NCBI GenBank assembly: GCA_023247725.1 | Contig: JAHFFW010000013.1 | Location: forward strand, 1,031-65,030 | Source of the DNA: Candidatus Omnitrophota bacterium | Lineage (GTDB): Bacteria > Omnitrophota > Gorgyraeia > Zapsychrales > JAHFFX01 | Direction of reading: 5' to 3' | DNA length: 64,000 nt | In this document: positions 26,762-36,160 of the stretch, piece by piece | Numbering within the stretch: position 1 is the first letter of the stretch | How the letters are laid out: each line of letters opens with the position of its first letter | Made by a program: the position numbers and the translations under genes | The notes under the pieces: generated by a model | Told to the model about the DNA's origin: nothing | What the model saw: the letters and a program-made list of their open reading frames with translations, nothing else | The model's database searches: none

Positions 26762-28360
26762 CTAAATCTTCTCGAACTTCTCGCGCAAATACCGCACCAA
26801 TCCCTCCATGGGAATCCGCTCCTGCCGCATGGTGTCGCGGTCCCGCACCGTGATCTGATGGTCTTCCAAAGATTTGACATCCACGGTGACGCAATAAAAT
26901 GTCCCGACCTCATCCTGTCGACGGTAGAGTTTTCCGATCGCCGCGGTGTCATCATACACGGTCATAAAATGCTTGGAAAGATCATTCTTGATTTTCTTGG
27001 CCGTCTGCACGATCTCGCTATTCTTTTTTAGCAATGGCAGGACCGCGACTTTGATCGGAGCTAGTTGCCGGCTCAATTTCAGCACCGTGCGAGTTTCTTC
27101 CTGGACTGCCTCTTCACTGTAGGCATCCACCAAAAAGGCCAACATCGCCCGATCCACGCCTCCGGAGGGTTCAACGATATAGGGATAAAACTTTTCATTG
27201 GTCAGATTGTCCTGATAACGCAGATCCTTGCCCGAGTATTGCGCGTGTTGTTTGAGATCAAAGTCGGCGCGATTGGCGATTCCCTCCAGTTCTGACCAAC
27301 CTCCGCCAGAGGCGGATCCGCCTTTGGTGGAGAACGAAAAATTGTATTCGATGTCCGTACAGGCCTTGGCGTAATGGGCGAGTTCATCAGGGTCATGCGG
27401 CCGCAGGCGCAGATTCTCTTTCTTTATCCCCAAATCCACATACCATCGAAAGCGATGGTGAATCCATTCTTCATGAATTCGTTCGGCTTCGGAGGGAAGG
27501 CAGAAGTATTCGATTTCCATTTGCTCAAATTCGCGGGTGCGAAAGGTGTAATTTCCCGGAGTGATTTCATTGCGGAATGATTTTCCGATCTGGGCGATTC
27601 CGAAAGGAAGCCGTTTGCGGGTCGTATCGAGGACATTCAAAAAATTGACGAAGATCCCCTGGGCGGTTTCCGGCCGAAGATAAATCTTTTCCCCTGATTC
27701 TTCGACGGGACCTAAGACAGTTTTCAGCATCAAATTGGCCGCTACGTGCTCTTGCGGCAGTGAATTTCCGCAGGAAGGACAGGGGGTTTTGGCCAAACCC
27801 GCATTGTCGGAGGCGATCCTTCCCACAAAATTCTTAAAGTCGAGATTGACGCCTTGGAATTTCTCGTGCAGATCCACAATAAAGGATAGTGTGACTTCCG
27901 GATCTTTGACCAGGGCCAAATTGGGCGCCAATTCTTTGCCCTTGCCTTTCGCCCATTTTAGGAAGGCGCGAAGATCTCGGTCACCGGAACATTCCTGCAA
28001 AAGCGATTGAAACCACAGGCCCGCCCAAATTTCATCCCATATCTTATCGAGTCGAAAATATCTGCCGCAGGCCGGACATTTAACAAAAGGATCAGAAAAA
28101 TGACTGGCATGACCAGAGGCTTCCCATACCCGCGGATGCATGAGGATGCTGGTATCCAGGCCAACCACATCGTCGCGGTGATGGACGACCGCCTTCCACC
28201 ACGCGTCTTTGACGTTGCGCTTTAACTCGACCCCCAGCGGGCCATAATCCCAGGCGCTGGCCAATCCCCCATAAATTTCCGACGACTGGAAAATGAAGCC
28301 TCGGCGTTTGCACAACGAGACCACCTTTTCCATGAGATCAGCCGAACTGGATGTATTCAT
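26762..28360 (-). CDS. glyS: Glycine--tRNA ligase, dimeric (eukaryal/archaeal GlyQS) type
   Basis: IYGGLASAWDYGPLG motif, class II core, C-terminal anticodon-binding domain. Confidence 0.85.
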   Translation of the reverse strand: MNTSSSADLMEKVVSLCKRRGFIFQSSEIYGGLASAWDYGPLGVELKRNVKDAWWKAVVHHRDDVVGLDTSILMHPRVWEASGHASHFSDPFVKCPACGRYFRLDKIWDEIWAGLWFQSLLQECSGDRDLRAFLKWAKGKGKELAPNLALVKDPEVTLSFIVDLHEKFQGVNLDFKNFVGRIASDNAGLAKTPCPSCGNSLPQEHVAANLMLKTVLGPVEESGEKIYLRPETAQGIFVNFLNVLDTTRKRLPFGIAQIGKSFRNEITPGNYTFRTREFEQMEIEYFCLPSEAERIHEEWIHHRFRWYVDLGIKKENLRLRPHDPDELAHYAKACTDIEYNFSFSTKGGSASGGGWSELEGIANRADFDLKQHAQYSGKDLRYQDNLTNEKFYPYIVEPSGGVDRAMLAFLVDAYSEEAVQEETRTVLKLSRQLAPIKVAVLPLLKKNSEIVQTAKKIKNDLSKHFMTVYDDTAAIGKLYRRQDEVGTFYCVTVDVKSLEDHQITVRDRDTMRQERIPMEGLVRYLREKFEKI

Positions 28361-28458
28361 TGAGGGTTTATTCTAGCGAAAACCCTCTTAAAAAGCAAGG
28401 CCCCTCCAGGAAATGACCAAAATCCAAAGCACCAAATTCCTCAATGATCAAACGTTTG

Positions 28459-29349
28459 TCAAAGAATCGGCGAAGTTGAGCTGGCCGGCGCAGGCGGAGT
28501 TCGTGGATACAACAAATCCGCTAACCTCAGGCCATATTCCTTCGCTGCCTCCGTCATGACCTCCACCAGCGCATCATTGACCACCTGATTAAACCAACGC
28601 GCCTCTTCGGTTTCATCAATGGCGGCATATTGTTTCAATTCCTCATTCGTGGCTTGACGGTAGTCAAAAAGCATAGAAATCAGAGTCTTTTCCCGCATGC
28701 GGACTTGCGATTCCGCCTGGTAATTTTTACGAAATTCCTCGTCGGACGGAAAGGCCATCGAACCGCCGGGCTGATTGGCGTAGATCGCCTTATTGATTTG
28801 AAGGGATGTTTCGGTCTGGATCTTCAGTGTCAATTGATCGGTTTGGGTTGCCTGCAGCAGCCTTAAAATGAGGGCCACCCGCTCGGGATCCGGCGGATGC
28901 CGGGACAATTCCTCTTCAAAGGCCTTTCGTTCCTTGACGGATTCGGCACGTCCAGCCTCAATTTCCATCTGAACCATTTTTTTCGCCAGGGGTTTCTGCA
29001 TTTGCTGAATAATCAGGGAATACCGTTTGGCGTCGAAATTCTTTTTGAGATGGGCTTCAATTCCTTGAGAAAGTTTTTCCCCATTGTAAGATTCCTTGAT
29101 GATCCTCTGCATGTCCTGCGCTTGCTGTGGATTGACATTGTCCATGGATTCCATGGCGCCCGCGGCCATGAATTCCGGGGCCAGGGCGATCTGTTCTTTA
29201 AGTCCGGTGACCTGCATCAATTCTTCGATCGTCTTGGTTTGGTCATCGACGGCAAGCGGTTCCTCGGCCTGACTTTCCGCTGAATGAAAAGCCATTGGGA
29301 AGATTCCGAAAATGAAAAAGATGGCGAGAAAGACACTGGCATTTTTCAT
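28459..29349 (-). CDS. Secreted hypothetical protein (DUF2059-like alpha-helical)
   Basis: Signal peptide, helical charged protein. Confidence 0.45.
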   Translation of the reverse strand: MKNASVFLAIFFIFGIFPMAFHSAESQAEEPLAVDDQTKTIEELMQVTGLKEQIALAPEFMAAGAMESMDNVNPQQAQDMQRIIKESYNGEKLSQGIEAHLKKNFDAKRYSLIIQQMQKPLAKKMVQMEIEAGRAESVKERKAFEEELSRHPPDPERVALILRLLQATQTDQLTLKIQTETSLQINKAIYANQPGGSMAFPSDEEFRKNYQAESQVRMREKTLISMLFDYRQATNEELKQYAAIDETEEARWFNQVVNDALVEVMTEAAKEYGLRLADLLYPRTPPAPASSTSPIL

Positions 29350-29378
29350 GGATTTCTCCTCGAGTAATGTTGAATGAT

Positions 29379-29693
29379 CTAACCCAACCCTTTCAAAAGT
29401 TCTTCATACGTTTTGTTCATCTGCTTCATCAAAACCACGAATGCCTTGAACATGATGATGGTTAAAACGACAACAACCACCGTCCAGATGATTTTACTGT
29501 TGCGCTTCAGTTTCGGATGCGACCAGATGAGCGGCAGCATGAAAGGCCCCAGAAAAAGGAAACTCACCAACAACGAACCACCGCGGTAATACCAGCGAAC
29601 CGGCTTTTTCGTCGGATCAAGATATTCGCCGCAGTAACGGCATTTGATCGCCTCATCCTGGATTTCTTCGGCGCAGAAGGGACAGCGTTTCAT
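29379..29693 (-). CDS. Zinc-ribbon domain membrane protein
   Basis: CPFC...CRYCG zinc ribbon followed by two TM helices. Confidence 0.5.
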   Translation of the reverse strand: MKRCPFCAEEIQDEAIKCRYCGEYLDPTKKPVRWYYRGGSLLVSFLFLGPFMLPLIWSHPKLKRNSKIIWTVVVVVLTIIMFKAFVVLMKQMNKTYEELLKGLG

Positions 29694-29740
29694 CGTCTAT
29701 GAGAGAAGGGGAATTCTGTTAATTCAAATAGGTGTAGGGT

Positions 29741-29885
29741 CTAGTACACTGTAACAAAAGTTATTGTAGCAAATCAGCGGGTCCTGTCCCTGCGGCACCC
29801 TTCCCGTGCTCGTCTCCTGCGCGCGGGAAGGGGACCCGCCTCCGGGCCACCCGCTGGTGCAGAAATTAATGTTACAGTGTACTAG
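29741..29885. other. 145-nt intergenic element bounded by perfect 16-bp terminal inverted repeats (CTAGTACACTGTAACA / TGTTACAGTGTACTAG) enclosing a GC-rich multi-hairpin core; followed by a second hairpin AGGGTTTA..TAAACCCT at 29891-29916
   Basis: Seen directly; MITE-like or structured ncRNA. Confidence 0.5.
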
Positions 29886-29946
29886 GGTGAAGGGTTTATT
29901 TAATCCTAAACCCTCGACCCTTAACCCTGCACCCATTGCATCCGTG

Positions 29947-30792
29947 CTATGAGGCGTTATCTATGAGCTTCTTTAGCTCTTCTTTATTCATCCCATAACT
30001 GTATTTCCTCGTCGGGAATTTTCCCAAACGCACCTCATCGCCATATCGCTTCACGGCCTTCGTAATGAGCGGTGAGAGATTCACATATGGCTTGACGAAC
30101 TTCGGGTGGAAGCCTTCGCACAGCCCCAGCACATCGTGCAGGACCAGGACCTGGCCATCGCAATGAGGGCCGGCTCCGATTCCGATCGTGGGAATTTTAA
30201 GTTTGGCCGTAATCATCTCGGCCAGCCGGTCCGGAATGCATTCTAAAACCACACTAAAGCAGCCGCTTCGTTCCAATTCCTTTGCGTTCGCCAAAATCGC
30301 CTTAGCCGAAAGGGCATCTTGGCCCTGCACCTTGAACCCGCCGAGTTTATCCGCGGTTTGCGGCGTTAATCCCACATGACCCATGACCGGGATCCCGCTT
30401 TTCACGATCCCTTCCGCCACCGACGGACAGTGTTCAAACCATTCGAGCTTGACGGCATCACAGCCGGCTTCTTGAATGAACCGTTGCGCATTTTTAAGGG
30501 CTTCTCGAGGATGTTGCTGATAGGACGAATACGGCATATCACCAACAAGAAAAGCCTTTTTGACCGCACGGCGCACAGCCCTTGCATGATGCAGCATCTG
30601 TTCCATATTGACGTCGCGCGTTTCTTCCAATCCCAAAACCACCTGCGCCAAAGAATCTCCGACGAGAATGATATCAATGCCGGCGGCGTCCAGCAACGCT
30701 GCGAAAGGATAATCGTAGGCCGTGAGCATGGTGATCTTCTCCCGCCGCTTTTTTTTATTAAGAATGCTGCTCATCGTTGGACGACGACTCAT
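29947..30792 (-). CDS. panB: 3-methyl-2-oxobutanoate hydroxymethyltransferase
   Basis: LTAYDYPFA...ILVGDSLAQVVLG...VGDMPYSSY core. Confidence 0.9.
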   Translation of the reverse strand: MSRRPTMSSILNKKKRREKITMLTAYDYPFAALLDAAGIDIILVGDSLAQVVLGLEETRDVNMEQMLHHARAVRRAVKKAFLVGDMPYSSYQQHPREALKNAQRFIQEAGCDAVKLEWFEHCPSVAEGIVKSGIPVMGHVGLTPQTADKLGGFKVQGQDALSAKAILANAKELERSGCFSVVLECIPDRLAEMITAKLKIPTIGIGAGPHCDGQVLVLHDVLGLCEGFHPKFVKPYVNLSPLITKAVKRYGDEVRLGKFPTRKYSYGMNKEELKKLIDNAS

Positions 30793-30795
30793 GGA

Positions 30796-32142
30796 TCAGG
30801 TGCAAAAAAATTTCATAATATTGTGCGCCGCTTTTTTTCCGGCGGCGAGGGCATCAATGACCGATCCCCCGTTTAACGGAGAAACGGCAAAGACATTTTT
30901 GATGGAGGTCATGCCCGTCAAATCATTGATCCCAATTTTTCCCGTCGGGTCTACGTGCAAGCCTTCGATGACCCGGCCAAGCCAGGCGTTGGTCGAGGCT
31001 GCCGTTGCCAAAATCACCGTGTCGGCCTCGATGGTAAATTCCGACCCATCGACCGGAATCAATTGCCATTCCCCCGTTGACTGGGGATCGGCAAAATCCA
31101 TGCGGATGCATTGGACACCTTGGACAAATTTTCGCTCGTCGCCAACCAATCCAATCGCCTTGGCCAGCGGTTCCATCCTGACTCCTTCTTCTTTGGCATA
31201 ATCTTTTTCGGATAGGCGCCCGGGAAACTCGTCTTCGGTCTTTTCAAAAATGACCGTCGCGCTTTTTCCCAAACGAACGGCGACGCGGCCGCAGTCAAGC
31301 GCCGGCATGCCCTGTCCGATCACGGCCACGCGTCCACCGAACGGCAAAGACAAGTTCCGCAAATTTCCCGTCGACAAAAGAAAATTAACTCGGCTCAAGA
31401 ATTCCGGAGCATAAAAAACTCCGCCCAAATCCTGACCGGGCAATCCATCGAGCAACGAACTGCCGGCACCGGTGGCCAATAAAATCGCGGCAAAGCCTTC
31501 CCTCCATAAGTCAGGCAAAAACATGGTCCCGCCGAGAAAGGCATGGGGGCGAAACTGTACTCCCAATTTCGTGAGCGCCTGCGACTGTTTACCTAAAATT
31601 CTTTTGGGTACACGAAATTCCGGAACTCCAAAGGCCAGTAAACCGCCAACGTTTGCAGTGGATTCAAAAACCGTGACGTTGTAACCATGGAGTGCAAGCT
31701 GGGCGGCCGCCGCCATGCCCGAGGCGCCCGCGCCAATGACCGCAATCTTTTTATCGACGGAGCGGGCGCTATCTAACGACCGGTCACGGCCAGTTTCGGC
31801 GGCGTAGCGTTCCAAGGCCTGGATTCCGATGGGCCCTCCTTCCTCTCTTAAAACGCAAGCTTTTTCGCAGGGTGCGGGGCAGATCCGTCCGCAGATCGAC
31901 GCAAAAAGATTCTTCTCTTTAATAATGGCCAGCGCCCGGTCCGGTTCATTCTCGCGGATCGCCCGAATAAATCCCGGGATGTCGATTCCCAAAGGACAGG
32001 CAAAACTGCAAACCGGATTGGCGCACTGAGTGCAGCGCCGGGCCTCTTGCAGGGCTATTTTTTTCGGATACCCGAGAGCCACTTCGTCAAAGTTCTTGAC
32101 TCGGCGGCTGGCGCTCTGAGTTGGGAGGGCTGGTTGTCCCAT
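30796..32142 (-). CDS. NADPH-dependent glutamate synthase small-subunit-like oxidoreductase (GltD/NfnB/SudA family)
   Basis: Two Cys clusters (CTQCANPVCSFACP; CGRICPAPCEKAC) then FAD/NAD(P) Rossmann motif GAGASGMAAA. Confidence 0.8.
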   Translation of the reverse strand: MGQPALPTQSASRRVKNFDEVALGYPKKIALQEARRCTQCANPVCSFACPLGIDIPGFIRAIRENEPDRALAIIKEKNLFASICGRICPAPCEKACVLREEGGPIGIQALERYAAETGRDRSLDSARSVDKKIAVIGAGASGMAAAAQLALHGYNVTVFESTANVGGLLAFGVPEFRVPKRILGKQSQALTKLGVQFRPHAFLGGTMFLPDLWREGFAAILLATGAGSSLLDGLPGQDLGGVFYAPEFLSRVNFLLSTGNLRNLSLPFGGRVAVIGQGMPALDCGRVAVRLGKSATVIFEKTEDEFPGRLSEKDYAKEEGVRMEPLAKAIGLVGDERKFVQGVQCIRMDFADPQSTGEWQLIPVDGSEFTIEADTVILATAASTNAWLGRVIEGLHVDPTGKIGINDLTGMTSIKNVFAVSPLNGGSVIDALAAGKKAAHNIMKFFCT

Positions 32143-32960
32143 GATGTGACTCGCGGTTGTGAGTTATACATCTCCGGTTTGTAGGAATCCACCCGGATTT
32201 TTAAAGCATCAAAATCGACTTGATGAGCGTCGAAAACGGGTCCGTCCTGACAAGCCAGAACCGTTCGACCGCCGACCTTCACCCGGCAGGACCCGCAAAA
32301 ACCATTTCCGTCGAGCATAATCGGATTTAAATAGGCAAAGGTCGGAATATTCTTTGCTTTGGTAAGGGCGCTCACGGTCTGCATCATGGAAATAGAACCG
32401 GCCACAAAGGCGGCCTGGATATTTTCCGTTTTTAAAATGTCTTTGCAAAGATCCGAAGCCAACCCCCTTTTCATATAAGAGCCATCTTTTGTCGCGACAT
32501 GAATCTTGTGGCAAAGCATGCGCATCTGGGGTTCAAATAATAAAGTCCGGCGATTGGGCGCTCCTAAAATTCCAATCACCTTATTGCCGACATCTTTCAA
32601 ACCCCGGGCAATCGGCAAAATGGGCGCCGTCCCTAAACTCGTTGCCATGCAAAGGACCGTTCCGAATTTTTTGGGACGCACGGGGGTTCCGAGAGGTCCC
32701 ATTACGATTTCGACTTCATCATTGATTTGCAAATCGCCCAATTTTAGCGCCGTCGGAGAATTCGCTTGAAAGACAAAGGCAACCGAGGCCTTGCGGCGAT
32801 CCTGCTCGGCAATGGGCAGGGCCAACGGCTCGCAGGCGCGATCGGGCGCGACCATCACAAACTGTCCGGGCTGGGCCCGGGCCGCGATCGCGGGCGCGTG
32901 GATGTCGAGACGTTTGATCGTAGGGCTGATGAGTTGTTTATTGAGGACTTTAAAGCTCAT
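32055..32960 (-). CDS. PyrK-like ferredoxin-NADP reductase subunit (NfnA/SudB family)
   Basis: FAD-binding beta-barrel plus NAD-binding domain and C-terminal 2Fe-2S Cys cluster (CGSCRV..C); 88-nt overlap with the downstream GltD-like gene. Confidence 0.75.
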   Translation of the reverse strand: MSFKVLNKQLISPTIKRLDIHAPAIAARAQPGQFVMVAPDRACEPLALPIAEQDRRKASVAFVFQANSPTALKLGDLQINDEVEIVMGPLGTPVRPKKFGTVLCMATSLGTAPILPIARGLKDVGNKVIGILGAPNRRTLLFEPQMRMLCHKIHVATKDGSYMKRGLASDLCKDILKTENIQAAFVAGSISMMQTVSALTKAKNIPTFAYLNPIMLDGNGFCGSCRVKVGGRTVLACQDGPVFDAHQVDFDALKIRVDSYKPEMYNSQPRVTSWDNQPSQLRAPAAESRTLTKWLSGIRKK

Positions 32961-33096
32961 GGCTCATAGCTGATAGCTCATGAAGAAAGTGAGCGTTTCA
33001 CCGATGCAATCAGGCCCGAAAGCATTTTACCGATTTCATCACCAAAATTTCGCAAATTATTCAAGTCCCCTTCCTGAATCCAATTTTTTCTATGAA

Positions 33097-34824
33097 TTAC
33101 TTAAAATTTTTCAATAACACGTTAACGCCCAAGCAATTCACCACGCTCTGTGCTGACAACCAGCCCCGACGGGCCAGGCTTACCCCAAACTTGACGAGTG
33201 GCAAATGATTGATGGAATGAGAGTCGGTATTGATCATGAATTTCACTCCCATCGACCGGGCAAAATAAATGTTGGCCGAATCCAGATCCAGCCGATTCGG
33301 GAATGAATTGATCTCCAAACAGGTGTTCGTATCCGCGGCCACCTTATAGATCTCTGGGAAATCGAAATCCATGGGATCGCGTTTGCCGATGAGTCGCCCC
33401 GTCGGGTGACCGATGGCTTGGACATATTTGTTTTTGCAGGCGTTGATCACGCGGCGGGTTAATTTTTCTTTTGGCTGTTCAAATCCGCTATGAATGGAGG
33501 CAATGACAATATCAAATTCACTGAGGATCTGATCGTTGTAATCGAGGTTTCCCTCGGTGTCAATTTCCAATTCTGTGCCAAACAAGATGCGAAAATTTTT
33601 CATTTTGGCATTGAGGCTATCGATTTCCTTCTTCTTTTTCTTTAAATCCTGCGGCGAAAGGCCGCCGGCAATTTTGAGTTTAGCGGAATGATCGCTCACC
33701 GCCAGATATTCATATCCACGGGCCTGAGCCGCCTTGGCCATCTCTTCAATCGTGTTACGTCCGTCGGACCAGGTGGAATGCACGTGCAGGTCTCCTTTGA
33801 TGTCCCCCAGTTCAATCAGTTTCGGGATCTGCACACCCTTGGGGTTGAAAAGCTCTGCCTCACCGATGTCTTCGCGCAATTCTGGCGTAATATAGGGAAG
33901 CTCTAGGGCCTTAAAGCATTCGGCCTCAGTTTTGCCGGCGAGGAAAATTTCTTTAGCTCCATTGACCTTGAAGATACCATATTCACTGACCTTCATCTTT
34001 TTCTTCATGGCCATCTGGCGCAACTTTACGTTGAAATTCTTCGAACCCGTGAAATACAAAAGCGCCGCGCCAAAACATTTTGGCTCAACCACGCGCACGT
34101 CGACTTGCACGTTTTCATACGTCCGGATGGATGACTTGGTTTCCCCATGGGCATTGATGGCCTTGACCGCCGGAAGATGGATGAAATACTCCATGACTTT
34201 TTTCGGCTGGGGCGAATCAATGAGGATGTCGATGTCGCGGATGGTTTCTTTCTGGCGGCGCAGACTGCCGGCGGCGGCGATCTGCTTGACCTCGGGCAAT
34301 TTTTTTAATGCTTCCACGAAAAGCTCGGCGGTCGCGGTGGCGATGCCTAAATCCATCCGCTCGTTGCTCTGTTGAACAATCTTCAGCCCGCGTTTGATAT
34401 TTTCAATCGTCTTGTCTTTGATTCCGGGAAGTCCGACGAGTTTGCCTTTCTCCAAAGCCAAGGTTAACTCGCCGACGCTTTTGATGCCGAGACGATCGAA
34501 AAAAAGTTTCGCTTTTTTAGGGCCGAGGGTGGGGATAGTCACGACATCCAGAAGGGTTTCAGGAATTTCCTTCGTCAATTCTTCGTAGGCGCTGACCCTT
34601 CCTGTTTTCAAATATTCTTTGATCTTCTGTGCAAGCGTGGCACCGATTCCGGGGATTTCGTTCAAACGATTTTCCAGCGCTAACGTTTGGATATTTTCTC
34701 CGGTTGCGGCAATCGCCTCGGCGGCCTTGTAATAGGCCCGGACCTTGAAGAAATTCTCATCCTTGATTTCCAGGAGGGTTCCAAAACGCTGCAGCAAATT
34801 GGCGATTTCGTGGTTCTTTGACAT
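33097..34824 (-). CDS. polX: DNA polymerase X family with C-terminal PHP phosphoesterase domain
   Basis: N-terminal HhH-rich PolX core (GIGATLAQKI, GSLRRQKETIRDIDIL), C-terminal PHP (HVHSTWSDG..., SDHS, HP). Confidence 0.9.
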   Translation of the reverse strand: MSKNHEIANLLQRFGTLLEIKDENFFKVRAYYKAAEAIAATGENIQTLALENRLNEIPGIGATLAQKIKEYLKTGRVSAYEELTKEIPETLLDVVTIPTLGPKKAKLFFDRLGIKSVGELTLALEKGKLVGLPGIKDKTIENIKRGLKIVQQSNERMDLGIATATAELFVEALKKLPEVKQIAAAGSLRRQKETIRDIDILIDSPQPKKVMEYFIHLPAVKAINAHGETKSSIRTYENVQVDVRVVEPKCFGAALLYFTGSKNFNVKLRQMAMKKKMKVSEYGIFKVNGAKEIFLAGKTEAECFKALELPYITPELREDIGEAELFNPKGVQIPKLIELGDIKGDLHVHSTWSDGRNTIEEMAKAAQARGYEYLAVSDHSAKLKIAGGLSPQDLKKKKKEIDSLNAKMKNFRILFGTELEIDTEGNLDYNDQILSEFDIVIASIHSGFEQPKEKLTRRVINACKNKYVQAIGHPTGRLIGKRDPMDFDFPEIYKVAADTNTCLEINSFPNRLDLDSANIYFARSMGVKFMINTDSHSINHLPLVKFGVSLARRGWLSAQSVVNCLGVNVLLKNFK

Positions 34825-34829
34825 CCGAG

Positions 34830-34948
34830 GTCCTTTTTCCGCTTTCCGCTATTGGCTATCAGCTTTCGGCAACAGCAGACATCGCATGAGCTGACAGCTA
34901 AATGCTGATGGCCGATAGCGGAAAGCCGATAGCCGAATGCTGACAGCC
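34830..34948. promoter_or_regulatory. Intergenic inverted and direct repeats (CGCTATTGGCTATCAGC / GCTGATGGCCGATAGCG; GCTGACAGC x2; CCGATAGC x2) between Cys-rich gene stop and polX start
   Basis: Seen directly; terminator and/or operator. Confidence 0.3.
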
Positions 34949-34951
34949 GAT

Positions 34952-35578
34952 TTATCGATTCCATTCCCCGTGGTGAAAGCCTGGTCGCCGAAAATTATTC
35001 TGGCAGTGGGCATCGCAACATTCGAATCGCTTCTGGCGCAAAAGTTTTTTCCAGCATAAATCCTTGATCTTCGGATCAGAAATCCGTTGGTCACAGATCG
35101 ACTCATCACTCAATGATCCAGCTAGGCCCGCGTAACAGCGCTCGCGTTGGGAATTGGACCGGATCCCGTCGCACATGGCGATATTTCGAGTTTGTTGCGC
35201 CACCTTTTGGATGCAGCGGCTTTTGTTAATCCCCTCGGGAATCTCGGAACAAAGGGCGGTGTCATTGTTTTGAAGAGCGGCGCGGCTAAAGCATTCACTG
35301 CGATTTTGCTTGTCGGTAAGGCGCGAGCAGAGTCCCGGCTCAATTGCGGGGCCTGTGCCTATTTCATTGCGTTGATCGCGATCGAATCGATGACGCTGCT
35401 TCTTGGAAGATATCTCGTTCGCTGGATTTTGTTCTTCGTAAAGCAAACGGCTCTGTTGGCCGGTGATCGTATCGGTATCCGAAACAGAAGTGCGCACGAC
35501 CGCAAAGACAGCTTGATCCGAAGCAGGGATGGAAAAAAGAATAAAAAGGGTACTAAAGAAAATAGTTTTTCTAAGCAT
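34952..35578 (-). CDS. Secreted cysteine-rich repeat protein (likely start MLRKTIFF; ORF extends to 35629)
   Basis: Signal peptide, then about 20-aa repeats of the form C-x4-I-x8-C-x4-A (LCSEIPEGINKSRCIQKVA, MCDGIRSNSQRERCYAGLA, ICDQRISDPKIKDLCWKKL). Confidence 0.45.
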   Translation of the reverse strand: MLRKTIFFSTLFILFSIPASDQAVFAVVRTSVSDTDTITGQQSRLLYEEQNPANEISSKKQRHRFDRDQRNEIGTGPAIEPGLCSRLTDKQNRSECFSRAALQNNDTALCSEIPEGINKSRCIQKVAQQTRNIAMCDGIRSNSQRERCYAGLAGSLSDESICDQRISDPKIKDLCWKKLLRQKRFECCDAHCQNNFRRPGFHHGEWNR

Positions 35579-35662
35579 ATCGCCTCCTTCTATGTTCGAA
35601 AAGGTCCGCGTGATGAGCTTGAACGCCATGCCAAAAAAGCACCAGGGCCCTTCCCCTTCCGC

Positions 35663-35706
35663 GGGCGGCGGCCCACCCGGCGTTAAGGCGAACTGGGCCG
35701 CCGCCC
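35663..35706. terminator. Perfect 13-bp GC hairpin (GGGCGGCGGCCCA / TGGGCCGCCGCCC); T6 run about 27 nt beyond on minus strand
   Basis: Seen directly, about 50 nt downstream of the 35756..36160 gene stop. Confidence 0.4.
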
Positions 35707-35755
35707 ATAGCGCGTACTTATCATACCATGTCTGAAAATCGATAAAATTTTTTAG

Positions 35756-36160
35756 TTATAGATTGGACTCTAATTGAGAAAGGAGGCTTTGCCGCGGAAC
35801 CGTGATCCTTTCTTGAGCGGTTTTTTGCAAAGATGGAGGATCCATAGGCGCGGCGTCTCTGTTTGACGTTAAAGTAATTGGCAAGTGGCAGCCTTGCCGA
35901 TCGTCCCAGGATTTTCCCTGCGGACAGGAGCAAACAAAATACTCGCCTTCCAGTGCAGTCCTATGAGTGGGTTTTTTGCTGAAGATGGGGACGCCATGCA
36001 ATACCTGCCCGCCGGAAATTCGACATAATGCCTGATTTTGCTCCAAGTGAATGCGGCTCATCAAAGGAAAAAGCGCAAACCGGATGAGGATTCCCAGACA
36101 ACAGCAGAAGATAAAAATTCTCAACAGCTGTCCTTTTTGGTATGTGTTCCCCAATGTCAA
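35756..36160 (-). CDS. Hypothetical membrane protein
   Basis: ORF with N-terminal TM; 4-nt overlap with upstream PAP2 gene. Confidence 0.4.
   Translation of the reverse strand: MTLGNTYQKGQLLRIFIFCCCLGILIRFALFPLMSRIHLEQNQALCRISGGQVLHGVPIFSKKPTHRTALEGEYFVCSCPQGKSWDDRQGCHLPITLTSNRDAAPMDPPSLQKTAQERITVPRQSLLSQLESNL

Noticed and set aside
32940-32995. Three ATGAGC copies within 30 nt at the nfnA-like gene start (possible tandem start duplication or 5-codon uORF)
   Set aside because: Too short to distinguish from chance; only the last ATG is followed by the conserved N-terminus.
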